Counted from the first letter of the stretch, positions 28,673 to 37,742 are shown. The stretch is DNA of 64,000 nucleotides from a virus (IMGVR_UViG_3300032290_001086), one strand, 5' to 3'. Made by a program: numbers and translations. Notes: a model not told the origin generated them from the sequence alone.

Positions 28673-30966
28673 GCAACGGAACTAAAGTAAGGAAGCGTAA
28701 TGGAAGTCTTGAGCCACTTAATTTAGATAAAATTCATAATATGGTTGAATGTGCTTGCGGAGGATTAGCTGGAGTTAGTGCATCCCAAGTAGAAATTCAA
28801 TCAGGTCTTCAATTCTATGATGGAATCACTACTGATGAAATTCAAGAAATCCTGGTTAGGTCAGCTAGTGACCTTATCAGTCTCGATAATCCAAATTATC
28901 AGTATGTTGCTGCTCGTCTCTTGCTTTTCGGTTTATATAAGCAAGTCTTTGGAGCTAATTGGAAAAACGGGTTCCCAGACGTTCATGACCATCTTGTAGG
29001 TGGTGTTTCCCTAGGCGTGTATGACGGAGAACTTCTCGGCAAATATTCTATGGAAGAATGGGATAAAATCAATTCTTGGATTGACCATGAAAGAGATTAC
29101 TTATTCACTTATGCTGGTCTTCGTCAAGTAGTAGATAAGTATTTGGTTCAAGATAGGAGTTCAAAAACAATTTATGAAACTCCTCAATATATGTACATGT
29201 TAATTTCTGCAGTAATCTTTGCAGAATATCCAAAGGAAACAAGACTAGATTATGTCAAACGATATTACAACGCAATCTCCAAGCACAAAATCAACATCCC
29301 AACACCAATTATGGCAGGTGTTAGAACCACTCTTCGCCAATTTGCTTCTTGTGTTCTTGTTGATGTTGACGATTCTCTCAATTCTATCTTCAGCTCTGAC
29401 ATGGCTATTGGCCGTTATGTTGCACAGCGGGCTGGAATCGGTATTAATGCTGGTAGAATCCGAGGTATCAATAGCAAAATCCGTGGAGGAGAAGTTGCCC
29501 ATACAGGAGTTATTCCTTTCCTCAAAAAATTTGAAGCGACGGTCCGTTGTTGTACTCAAAACGGGATACGTGGTGGGTCTGCGACAGTTCACTTCCCTAT
29601 TTGGCACCAAGAAATAGAAGATATCATTGTATTAAAAAATAACAAAGGAACAGAAGATAATCGAGTTCGTAAGCTAGATTATAGTATTCAAATCTCAAAA
29701 CTTTTCTACGAGAGGTTTATCAATGGAGAACAAATTTCACTCTTCTCCCCCCACGACGTTCCTGGTTTGTATGATGCTTTTGGGACTGATTCATTTGACG
29801 ACATGTATGTGGCTGCAGAACGAAATGATTCTATTTCAAGAAAAACTATTGATGCACAAGAACTATTTTTAGACATTCTAAAAGAACGTGCAGAAACTGG
29901 TCGTATCTACATCATGAATATTGACCACTGCAATGCTCATAGTTCTTTCCTAGACAAGGTTAATATGTCAAATCTTTGTCAGGAAATCACTCTTCCAACC
30001 GACCCAATTCAACATATTGATGGAGAAGGAGAAATTGCACTTTGTATTCTTTCTGCAATTAATGTTGGTAAAGTAAACCATCATTCTGATATGGAAGAGT
30101 TATGTGACCTTTCTGTTCGTGCTCTAGATGAATTGATTGATTATCAAAAATATCCTGTAGATGCAGCAGAGTTTTCTACTAAAGCTAGACGCTCACTAGG
30201 TATTGGTTATATTGGACTTGCTCATTATCTAGCTCGCCATGGAGCAAAATATGAAGACCCATCTGCTTGGAAACTTGTTCATGACTTAACTGAAGCATTC
30301 CAATATTATCTTCTTAAAGCATCCAATCAGGTTGCAAAAGAAAAAGGTGCATGTGAATTCTTTACTCGCACAAAGTATTCGCAAGGAGTTCTTCCAATTG
30401 ATACTTATAAAAAAGATGTAGACGAAATCGTACCAAATAATCTTAACTATGATTGGGAAACTCTACGTGCCGAAATTCAAGCACATGGTCTGCGACATAG
30501 TACACTGTCCGCACAAATGCCATCGGAGAGCAGTTCCGTTGTGTCAAATGAAACCAATGGAATCGAGCCACCTAGAGATTACTTGTCCGTTAAGAAATCA
30601 AAGAAGGGTCCCCTTAAGCAAATTGTTCCAAGTTATCAAACTCTCAAAAAGAACTATACTCTTCTTTGGGATATGCCTAATAACGTTGGTTACATTAACA
30701 TTGTTTCTGTAATGCAAAAGTTTTTTGACCAAGCCATTTCTGGTAACTGGTCATATAATCCAGAGCATTATGATAATAATGAAGTTCCAGTATCTGTAAT
30801 GGCTCAAGACCTACTTATGACTTATAAGTATGGTTGGAAAACTTCTTACTATCACAACACATATGATAGTAAGTCTGATGGAGATACTGAAGATAAAGGA
30901 GAAGCGTTGACTCAATTACTAAATCAACTAGAAGATGAAGAAGATTGCGAAAGCTGCAAAATTTAA
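28669..30966 (+). CDS. nrdA: Class Ia ribonucleotide reductase alpha subunit
   Basis: ATP cone, PTPIMAG, SNLCQEI, MPSESSS, C-terminal CESC. Confidence 0.98.
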   Translation: MSNGTKVRKRNGSLEPLNLDKIHNMVECACGGLAGVSASQVEIQSGLQFYDGITTDEIQEILVRSASDLISLDNPNYQYVAARLLLFGLYKQVFGANWKNGFPDVHDHLVGGVSLGVYDGELLGKYSMEEWDKINSWIDHERDYLFTYAGLRQVVDKYLVQDRSSKTIYETPQYMYMLISAVIFAEYPKETRLDYVKRYYNAISKHKINIPTPIMAGVRTTLRQFASCVLVDVDDSLNSIFSSDMAIGRYVAQRAGIGINAGRIRGINSKIRGGEVAHTGVIPFLKKFEATVRCCTQNGIRGGSATVHFPIWHQEIEDIIVLKNNKGTEDNRVRKLDYSIQISKLFYERFINGEQISLFSPHDVPGLYDAFGTDSFDDMYVAAERNDSISRKTIDAQELFLDILKERAETGRIYIMNIDHCNAHSSFLDKVNMSNLCQEITLPTDPIQHIDGEGEIALCILSAINVGKVNHHSDMEELCDLSVRALDELIDYQKYPVDAAEFSTKARRSLGIGYIGLAHYLARHGAKYEDPSAWKLVHDLTEAFQYYLLKASNQVAKEKGACEFFTRTKYSQGVLPIDTYKKDVDEIVPNNLNYDWETLRAEIQAHGLRHSTLSAQMPSESSSVVSNETNGIEPPRDYLSVKKSKKGPLKQIVPSYQTLKKNYTLLWDMPNNVGYINIVSVMQKFFDQAISGNWSYNPEHYDNNEVPVSVMAQDLLMTYKYGWKTSYYHNTYDSKSDGDTEDKGEALTQLLNQLEDEEDCESCKI

Positions 30967-30977
30967 GGAGAACTTAC

Positions 30978-32141
30978 ATGCAATTTATTAAAAACACAAA
31001 TAGTGAAATAAAGGGAATGACTGTATTTAATAGTAACCATGTAGATACCAAAAAACAACCAATGTTTTTTGGTAAACCTCTGGGAGTTCAAAGATATGAT
31101 TCATACAAATATCCTATCTTTGAAAAATTAACTCAACAACAACTTGGATACTTCTGGAGACCTGAGGAGGTCTCCCTTCAAAAAGATAGAGCAGATTATC
31201 AAACTCTTCTTCCAGCACAAAAGCATATCTTTACTTCAAACCTGAAGTATCAAATTATGCTTGATTCCGTTCAAGGTCGTGGTCCTGGTCTTGCATTTCT
31301 TCCCTATTGTTCACTTCCTGAACTAGAAGCCTGTATGACTATTTGGGAAACTATGGAGATGATTCATAGTCGCTCATACACTTATATCATTAAGAATGTA
31401 TATTCAGATGTAACAGAAGTATTTGATACTATTCTTGATGATGAAAAGATTTTAGAACGTGCTACTAGTGTAACTCAAGCATATGATGAGTTAATTGAAT
31501 CTGCTCAACAGTGGGGTGGGGGTAAGCTCTGGGAACTTGGAGACCATACTACTGCAAATATTGAATTGAAAGAAGTAAAGAGAAAATTATATCGTGCAGT
31601 AATGAATGTGAATATCCTTGAGGGTATTCGTTTTTATGTTTCCTTTGCATGTTCTTTTGCATTCGGTGAACTAAAACTTATGGAAGGTTCTGCTAAGATT
31701 ATTGGTTTGATTGCTCGTGATGAATCTCAGCATTTAGTTATTACTCAAAATATTATCAAGAACTGGAAGAACGGTGATGACCCACAAATGTCGGAAATCA
31801 TGAAGGAAGAGGAGCAGAATGTGCGAGATATGTATCTTCGTGCAGTGAACGAAGAAAAGTCATGGGCAGAATATCTTTTCAAAGACGGCTCAATGATTGG
31901 TCTTAATGCAAAACTTCTTTCTTCATATGTAGAATGGATTACTAATCGTAGGATGAAAGCAATTGGTCTTTCTCCACTGTTTGATATTCCTATGTCAAAT
32001 AATCCACTACCTTGGACTGAACATTGGCTAAATTCTAAAATGATGCAAAATGCCCCGCAAGAAACAGAAATTGAAAGCTATGTTATTGGCGGCATTAAAC
32101 AAGACGTTAAAAAGGATACTTTTTCGGGGTTCAAACTCTAA
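30978..32141 (+). CDS. nrdB: Ribonucleotide reductase beta subunit
   Basis: FWRPEEV, EMIHSRSY, LEGIRFY, RDESQH. Confidence 0.98.
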   Translation: MQFIKNTNSEIKGMTVFNSNHVDTKKQPMFFGKPLGVQRYDSYKYPIFEKLTQQQLGYFWRPEEVSLQKDRADYQTLLPAQKHIFTSNLKYQIMLDSVQGRGPGLAFLPYCSLPELEACMTIWETMEMIHSRSYTYIIKNVYSDVTEVFDTILDDEKILERATSVTQAYDELIESAQQWGGGKLWELGDHTTANIELKEVKRKLYRAVMNVNILEGIRFYVSFACSFAFGELKLMEGSAKIIGLIARDESQHLVITQNIIKNWKNGDDPQMSEIMKEEEQNVRDMYLRAVNEEKSWAEYLFKDGSMIGLNAKLLSSYVEWITNRRMKAIGLSPLFDIPMSNNPLPWTEHWLNSKMMQNAPQETEIESYVIGGIKQDVKKDTFSGFKL

Positions 32142-32220
32142 GAAAATACCGCAAAAAATTAAAATACCAGACCCTTGGTTTTTATAAATAATATTATAAA
32201 AAATAAATACATTAACAAAA

Positions 32221-33174
32221 ATGGCATTTACTCAGAAACTTTACGAAGCATATGCTGCAGTATATGATGAAGAACTTAGAGTTTCTTTATCTGAAGAAGC
32301 AGAACTATTTGAAGATGTAGATTATCTTTATGATGAAGAACTAGAAGAGATTGTTGATGAAACAATCGAAGCTATGGTAGAAGAAGGTTATGACCTAGAT
32401 GAAATTGAAGAAGCTTTTGACGAAATTCTAGAAGAAGCTACAGTAACTACTGGTCGTGGAGGCTATACTAAGCTAAGCTCAGATAAGCGTTCTGCACCAG
32501 TAACTACTGGTCAAGGTACTGCAATGCGTCAGCAAGCAAGACGTACTGCAGTAGTTTCTGCTGCTCGTCAACGTCAAGCACAAGCAGTTAAGGATGCTCC
32601 AGGAGCAGCTGCAGCTCGTGTTAAGGGTGCAGTTCAGAGCGGTGTAGCAAAAGCTAGAAAGGCTGTAGACACCGCTGCTGGAGATTATGCTGCTAAAAAC
32701 AAACTAGTAACTGGCAAGAAAGGTCAAGCACTCAACAGAAGTGCTATCGGCATGAAGCAAGCATCCAAGGATCCTGCTGGCCGTAGAGGAGTTCGTTCTG
32801 CAGTTGTTGGTCATCTTGCAACCAGAGCTGCAAATAAGCTTCAGCGTGGAGTTGAAAAAGTTAAAGGTGCAGTTAAGTCTGCTGGTCAAGCTGCAGTAGC
32901 AAAAACTAAGTCTTCAAGTGATGCTGCTCAGGCTAAGATGCAAGCTGCAGGTTCTGCTACCAAGAAAGCTGGTAAGGGACTTCTTGGTAGAGTTGCAAGA
33001 AAGGTAGCTTCTGGTGCAGGTAAACTAGCATCCAGACTAGGGGAAGAAGTTGATGTATATGATGTAGTTCTTGATCACCTTCTATCTGAAGGGTATGCAG
33101 AAACTCCAGAAGCAGCACAAGCTATCATGGTTAATATGTCAGATGCATGGATCTCTGAGATTCTAGAAGATTGA
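32221..33174 (+). CDS. Late low-complexity protein (acidic-basic-acidic), probable internal head protein
   Basis: TATAAATA at 32183-32190; long K/A/R-rich core flanked by E-rich ends. Confidence 0.75.
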   Translation: MAFTQKLYEAYAAVYDEELRVSLSEEAELFEDVDYLYDEELEEIVDETIEAMVEEGYDLDEIEEAFDEILEEATVTTGRGGYTKLSSDKRSAPVTTGQGTAMRQQARRTAVVSAARQRQAQAVKDAPGAAAARVKGAVQSGVAKARKAVDTAAGDYAAKNKLVTGKKGQALNRSAIGMKQASKDPAGRRGVRSAVVGHLATRAANKLQRGVEKVKGAVKSAGQAAVAKTKSSSDAAQAKMQAAGSATKKAGKGLLGRVARKVASGAGKLASRLGEEVDVYDVVLDHLLSEGYAETPEAAQAIMVNMSDAWISEILED

Positions 33175-33196
33175 ATTTAAAGTAAAATAATGCACG

Positions 33197-33222
33197 AAGA
33201 GGTCCTATGGGACCTCTTTTTT
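33197..33222 (+). terminator. Rho-independent terminator
   Basis: AAGAGGTCC-TATG-GGACCTCTT followed by a T-run. Confidence 0.85.
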
Positions 33223-33297
33223 ATGCTTGTAATCCCCAGTAAAATCAAGTAAAAACCATAGGTTTTTAGTGCTTAATTCAAAAAGCCTGCTGAGGGG

Positions 33298-33346
33298 TTG
33301 ACAGGACGATTAAAACCTGCTAAAATTCACTCTGTTAGGGGTGAGA
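33298..33346 (+). promoter_or_regulatory. sigma70 promoter followed by conserved 18-mer (second copy, candidate origin)
   Basis: TTGACA-17-TAAAAT, then ACTCTGTTAGGGGTGAGA. Confidence 0.7.
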
Positions 33347-33380
33347 TAAATATCTGAGATAATACTTAAAGAGATATATA

Positions 33381-33719
33381 ATGAAACCTCAAAGTGCTAA
33401 AGCTAAAGGTAGGAATCTACAAAAATGGGTTAGAGAACAGCTTATAGAACAATTAGAAATACATCCTGAAGATATTGAATCTCGTTCTATGGGTGCTGGC
33501 GGGGAAGACCTAATTATGGCTAGAGCCGCTAGAAGTAAATTTCCTTTTTCTATTGAATGTAAAAATGTAGAAAAACTAAATGTATGGGAAGCTTATGAAC
33601 AAGCTAAAGCTAACTCAGGTGATTATGAACCTATTGTTGTTATGAAAAAGAATCACAAAAAACCTTTAGTCGTTGTTGATGCAGAATACTTTATCAAACT
33701 ATTTGGAGAACTAAAATGA
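33381..33719 (+). CDS. PD-(D/E)xK endonuclease, Holliday junction resolvase-like
   Basis: SAKAKGR.LQ, GEDL, IECKN. Confidence 0.8.
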   Translation: MKPQSAKAKGRNLQKWVREQLIEQLEIHPEDIESRSMGAGGEDLIMARAARSKFPFSIECKNVEKLNVWEAYEQAKANSGDYEPIVVMKKNHKKPLVVVDAEYFIKLFGELK

Positions 33720-34408
33720 AAATCGACTTACATAACTTTTTTAAACATTATGATGAAACCAATCCAAAGCATGTTGCTGCGGTAGAAGAATTTGAAAAAA
33801 CTCTTGAAAAGAAAGCACCAGAAGAAGTAGACGATACATCTAACTGGGTTAGAATTTTTAGAACTAATCCAGAAAAACCAAAATCGAATATTTTAGAAGT
33901 TCCATTCTTCCCACAAACCGATAATTACAGAGATGCTAACCGTACTTGTAACAGTTCTAGTTGTGCTATGTGTCTTGAGTATTTTAAACCTGGCACGTTA
34001 AAAGGACCAAAAGGAGATGATGCTTACGTTCAGAAAGTTTTCTCAATTGGTGATACAACTGACCATATGGTTCAAACCCGTGTGTTGGAGTCTTATGGTA
34101 TTAAGTCACACTTTAGCTATAATCTTACTTTTGATGGCCTTGACCGTGAGCTTGCTGCAGGCAGACCAGTTGTTATTGGCATTCTCCATAGGGGGACTTT
34201 ATCTTCTCCTACTGGTGGCCACATGGTTGTAGTAATTGGTAAGTTACCTAATGGCAATTATGTTGTGAATGACCCTTACGGCTCACTAAATGATAATTAT
34301 ACAGGACCAGTAACTAATGGCAAACATGCTGTATACACGAAGCAAGATTTAATGCGTAGGTGGTGTCCTAATCGTAATGACGGATGGGGTAGGGTTTTCC
34401 AACCCTGA
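33716..34408 (+). CDS. C39-like cysteine peptidase (putative cell-wall hydrolase)
   Basis: Q.DN...TCNSSSCAM, GGHMVVVIG, VNDPYG. Confidence 0.85.
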   Translation: MKIDLHNFFKHYDETNPKHVAAVEEFEKTLEKKAPEEVDDTSNWVRIFRTNPEKPKSNILEVPFFPQTDNYRDANRTCNSSSCAMCLEYFKPGTLKGPKGDDAYVQKVFSIGDTTDHMVQTRVLESYGIKSHFSYNLTFDGLDRELAAGRPVVIGILHRGTLSSPTGGHMVVVIGKLPNGNYVVNDPYGSLNDNYTGPVTNGKHAVYTKQDLMRRWCPNRNDGWGRVFQP

Positions 34409-34469
34409 TAAGTTTTATAAATATCCCAAGTAACTTGACAATCCAATACTGACATGGTACTATAGTATC

Positions 34470-34540
34470 TGGTGAATAGCTCAGTGGCAGAGCGGTCAGC
34501 GATTAACTGAATTGCGAAGGTTCGATTCCTTCTTCACCTA
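34470..34540 (+). tRNA. Aberrant tRNA-like gene (loop CGATTAA, nominal Asn-ATT, G33)
   Basis: Cloverleaf with good D and T arms, U1-U72 and G27-A43 mismatches; own promoter TTGACA-17-TACTAT at 34435-34463. Confidence 0.6.
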
Positions 34541-34659
34541 TTGGTAACACCAACTTATATCATAAGCGATTGAGTGTTATCATTTTGTGCCCAGGAAGGT
34601 GCTCACCGAGAGGTGAGTGTACCCCCCTTCTATTGGGATGTAGAGTTCTATTAATTTAA

Positions 34660-35022
34660 ATGCGTTTTATTTCAACCCTTCTTATTGCTTCAACCCTTAT
34701 TGGATTTACGCCCCAAAAAGCTGAAGCTGCCAGCGGATGTTCCCTGGCTTCACATTATGGTGTAGGTGATGGATATCACGGCCAAACCACCGCTAACGGT
34801 GAAAGATATAATGCATATGGTAAATCCGTTGCACATAGATGGCTTCCATTCGGAACTAGGTTACGTGTCACAAATCAACGAAATGGAAAGTCAGTTATCG
34901 TGCGAGTGAATGATAGGGGTCCATATGTCGGAGGACGAGACCTCGACCTGTCCTACGGGGCATTCTCTACTATTGCTTCCCCTGGACAGGGAGTGGCTAG
35001 TATCTGTTACTCACGAGTTTAA
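34660..35022 (+). CDS. rlpA: RlpA-like lytic transglycosylase with signal peptide
   Basis: ASHYG...TANGE...AHRWLPFGT...VRVNDRGPY...DLSYGAF. Confidence 0.92.
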   Translation: MRFISTLLIASTLIGFTPQKAEAASGCSLASHYGVGDGYHGQTTANGERYNAYGKSVAHRWLPFGTRLRVTNQRNGKSVIVRVNDRGPYVGGRDLDLSYGAFSTIASPGQGVASICYSRV

Positions 35023-35060
35023 CAGATAAATAATGGGGAGATTTGATTCTCCCCTTCCTC

Positions 35061-35357
35061 ATGAAAAATAATGGATTGCCAGATAACCAGAAAGATGTCG
35101 TTGACATTCTTGGCAAAGCAGGATATTTAAAAGCAGAGAATGATAAAATTAAAGTATCATTGGACTCTGCGAATACATTAAACATTCAACCAAAAGGAAC
35201 TCCATTTGGAGCAAAGGTAAGAGTAGAATCCGATGGGTCTATAACTCCAACTCTTACTTTTGACACAAAGAAGCTTAGAGATAAATCAAACTATGTTCCT
35301 CCTAAAGATTTAGTTGATGAAGCTCTAGAAAATTTTTGGGAGAATGACAATGTTTAA
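35061..35357 (+). CDS. Hypothetical protein
   Basis: ORF after ATAAATA late promoter. Confidence 0.65.
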   Translation: MKNNGLPDNQKDVVDILGKAGYLKAENDKIKVSLDSANTLNIQPKGTPFGAKVRVESDGSITPTLTFDTKKLRDKSNYVPPKDLVDEALENFWENDNV

Positions 35358-35793
35358 ACTCTTTGAAATTAAAGAAGGTAAGTTTAAAGTACTTCCAATA
35401 TTAAACCCTAAATATATCAAGGGATTCGTTGTTGTTTCTATCATCGCTATTATCATTGCTGGTCTTGCTGGACAATTCAAATTAGATGAGAAACAACTTT
35501 GGAAAATCTATACAGCACTAATTCAAAAATTAGGTCTGGAACAAAATCTTCCAGACATACCAGACCATCAAAAACAACTTGATGCTAAGGTAGAATTAGA
35601 AGTTGATAAAGCAATCTCAGATTATGAACGCTTGACAGGAGACTATGGGTATGTTAAGATACCAGCTCCACGGTACTCAGAAACCCCAGTTGACACTGAT
35701 GTGTGTTATACTGATGAGTGTCGAGCATTAGGAGGAGAAATCCGACTCTGTGCTCCATGGGTCCCAGACTGCCCCTTGACAAAGCAAGAATAG
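35344..35793 (+). CDS. Membrane-anchored hypothetical protein with Cys-rich C-terminus
   Basis: TM helix; CYTDECRALGGEIRLCAPW. Confidence 0.7.
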   Translation: MTMFKLFEIKEGKFKVLPILNPKYIKGFVVVSIIAIIIAGLAGQFKLDEKQLWKIYTALIQKLGLEQNLPDIPDHQKQLDAKVELEVDKAISDYERLTGDYGYVKIPAPRYSETPVDTDVCYTDECRALGGEIRLCAPWVPDCPLTKQE

Positions 35794-35816
35794 TCTGCTA
35801 TACTTAATACACAAAT

Positions 35817-35890
35817 GACTCAGTAGCTCAGTTGGATAGAGCATCTGCCTTCTAAGCAGTTGGTCGGGGGTTCAAGTCCCTCCTGAGTCG
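35817..35890 (+). tRNA. tRNA-Arg(TCT)
   Basis: Cloverleaf, loop CTTCTAA; promoter TTGACA-17-TATACT upstream. Confidence 0.95.
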
Positions 35891-35920
35891 TGACAACTGA
35901 ATAAATTAAGGCATGAAACA

Positions 35921-36178
35921 ATGTACAAAATCAGATGCAAATGTTGCAATTCCAATCTTGAAGTAGCAACTCCAAACAGGGGACAATCTTGTAAATGTCC
36001 CAACGAAACTTACATAAGGCTTGACAACAACGGATTACCTGTTATAATAGCTCAAGACATGAGCCAAGTAGAAATGGTAACAGGATTTACTAAACCAAAA
36101 CAAAAGCAATCAAAAATGATGGAACAATTGAACACTCCAAAAAGACGAATAAGAAGACTAGATTACGAAGTTCGTTAA
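35921..36178 (+). CDS. Small Cys-rich hypothetical protein
   Basis: CxCC...CxC; RRLDYEVR end. Confidence 0.7.
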   Translation: MYKIRCKCCNSNLEVATPNRGQSCKCPNETYIRLDNNGLPVIIAQDMSQVEMVTGFTKPKQKQSKMMEQLNTPKRRIRRLDYEVR

Positions 36179-36186
36179 TTTAGTCT

Positions 36187-36257
36187 GGGAGCATAGCTTA
36201 ATGGTAGAGCGGCCTGCTTATAACGGGTTGGTCTGGGTTCAATTCCCAGTGTTCCTA
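36187..36257 (+). tRNA. tRNA-Ile(TAT)
   Basis: GCCTG-CTTATAA-CGGGT anticodon arm. Confidence 0.9.
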
Positions 36258-36280
36258 TTAGGAATCGACGGGTTCCTAAA

Positions 36281-36462
36281 GAATGTGGCAGAACAATCCT
36301 TGTGGTTACTCACGGGATAACGCAATAGATTAGAGGTGGTGCTCGCTGTATCGTTGAGAAATCAAAGGTATAGAACTTCCAACCAAGAAGAATCTAGGTA
36401 CTTGGAAATACGGTTGTCAGTGTAACCTTCCAGGTTGTGGGTATGACAGATTCCCACCATTC
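36281..36462 (+). ncRNA. manA-like structured RNA
   Basis: GAATG/CATTC closing stem, GGTGGTGCTCGCTG core, terminal GTGGG..CCCAC; between tRNAs; match recalled, not searched. Confidence 0.65.
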
Positions 36463-36466
36463 ACCA

Positions 36467-36540
36467 CGGGATGTAGCTCAGTTTGGTAGAGCACTCGCTT
36501 TGGGAGCGAGGGGCCGTAGGTTCAAATCCTATCATCCCGA
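36467..36540 (+). tRNA. tRNA-Pro(TGG)
   Basis: CTCGC-TTTGGGA-GCGAG. Confidence 0.95.
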
Positions 36541-36722
36541 TTACCGTTTACAGAACTTCCCTTCTGACGGTAAATACCACTAGTATATTATTCAACATAG
36601 ACCACAATCGCCGTTGGATAGTTTATTAGTTTGACGTTGAACTGCAAAGTCAGCATACGGATAGAGGTTAGGTCCCTGAATACTACTGGAAATATTCGGG
36701 GGTATTCACACCTAATCCATCT

Positions 36723-36796
36723 GGGGAATTAGCTCAGTTGGTAGTAGCACTTGCTTTGCAAGCAAGATGTCATCGGTTCGAGTCCGATATTCTCCA
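36723..36796 (+). tRNA. tRNA-Ala(TGC)
   Basis: CTTGC-TTTGCAA-GCAAG; G3-U70. Confidence 0.95.
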
Positions 36797-36815
36797 TTCC
36801 CTTTATATTATTACT

Positions 36816-37049
36816 ATGGGAGACTCGGTTAAGTATCAAATTGAAAAATCCAGAGAAGCACTTCGTTCTGCACTTGAACTAGGTGCAACACATGAAGATG
36901 TATGGACTCTTTCTCAGATTGCATCTGCATTGAGTACTGTTGAAGCACTACTTGCTTCACAATCACAGAAAAATTACACATTAAAAAATCCATATTACAA
37001 TGGATATGTAAGTAGTGGTATTTCTGATGATGTTATTACATTTAAATAA
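36816..37049 (+). CDS. Hypothetical protein (true start ATG 36816)
   Basis: The 5' extension in the ORF track overlaps tRNA-Ala. Confidence 0.6.
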   Translation: MGDSVKYQIEKSREALRSALELGATHEDVWTLSQIASALSTVEALLASQSQKNYTLKNPYYNGYVSSGISDDVITFK

Positions 37050-37103
37050 ATAACATCAATACTCCTCAAGCCTATCTATAGAAGCTCAAACAGAGGAGTC
37101 ACT

Positions 37104-37175
37104 GCGGAGTTAGTTCAGCGGTAGAACGCTATCCTTCCAAGTTAGATGTCGTCGGTTCGATTCCGATACTCCGCT
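37104..37175 (+). tRNA. tRNA-Gly(TCC)
   Basis: GCGGAGT acceptor, loop CTTCCAA. Confidence 0.95.
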
Positions 37176-37196
37176 TCCCTCATATATGAGGTTATT

Positions 37197-37355
37197 ATGT
37201 CACTTATTTCTCAAACAGACCGTCAGATGGCTATTGAAGCTCTTGAATATTATGTTCAAAGGCTTAAAGATGATAACTGCACTCAAGCATCCATCAATGC
37301 ATTTCAAACACTTCTGAATTGGATTGAACTTGAACATTACAAACATGAACATTAA
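37197..37355 (+). CDS. Small hypothetical protein
   Basis: GAGG SD; MSLISQTDRQMAIEALEYY. Confidence 0.7.
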   Translation: MSLISQTDRQMAIEALEYYVQRLKDDNCTQASINAFQTLLNWIELEHYKHEH

Positions 37356-37521
37356 ACTTTGGTATTGTAAGCATATGAATCAGTGGAGGTGGACTCTAAC
37401 TGATGACTCTAGGCCAATTATTAAACAAGAATCTGGTCAACGTCCAAATCTTCGTGATGCAATGAATGATGTTGCAACTACTGTTGAATACTTATTAAAC
37501 ATTCATCCTGAAGAAATGTAA
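37345..37521 (+). CDS. Small hypothetical protein
   Basis: MNIKLWYCKHMNQWRWTL. Confidence 0.7.
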   Translation: MNIKLWYCKHMNQWRWTLTDDSRPIIKQESGQRPNLRDAMNDVATTVEYLLNIHPEEM

Positions 37522-37531
37522 TATTAATTAT

Positions 37532-37603
37532 CCTTGGGTAGTCTAGTGGCCAGGACACGCAGACAATGCAGTTGGAGTTTGGGTTCGATTCCCGACCTAA
37601 GGT
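37532..37603 (+). ncRNA. tRNA-like RNA with truncated anticodon arm
   Basis: Acceptor CCTTGGG/CCTAAGG, intact D arm, T arm with TTCGATT loop; anticodon arm only GCA-GACAA-TGC. Confidence 0.65.
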
Positions 37604-37742
37604 ACTAGTGGCACTGGAAAGATAAACCAGAATGCTGTAGTAAAGGGTGCAACAAGGAACGTTACATTAAACAAAGAATCCCCTCGGCCACATCGTAGAA
37701 AAAGCGAAACTGGCTTCATCATAAGTTGCTAAGTCGCTTAAC

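Noticed and set aside
15752-32141. Inteins or introns in gp43, gp41, nrdA and nrdB
   Set aside because: Lengths are normal and motifs are contiguous
36738-36815. 5' extension of ORF 36738-37049 (likewise 37146-37196)
   Set aside because: Runs through tRNA genes; downstream ATGs are better starts
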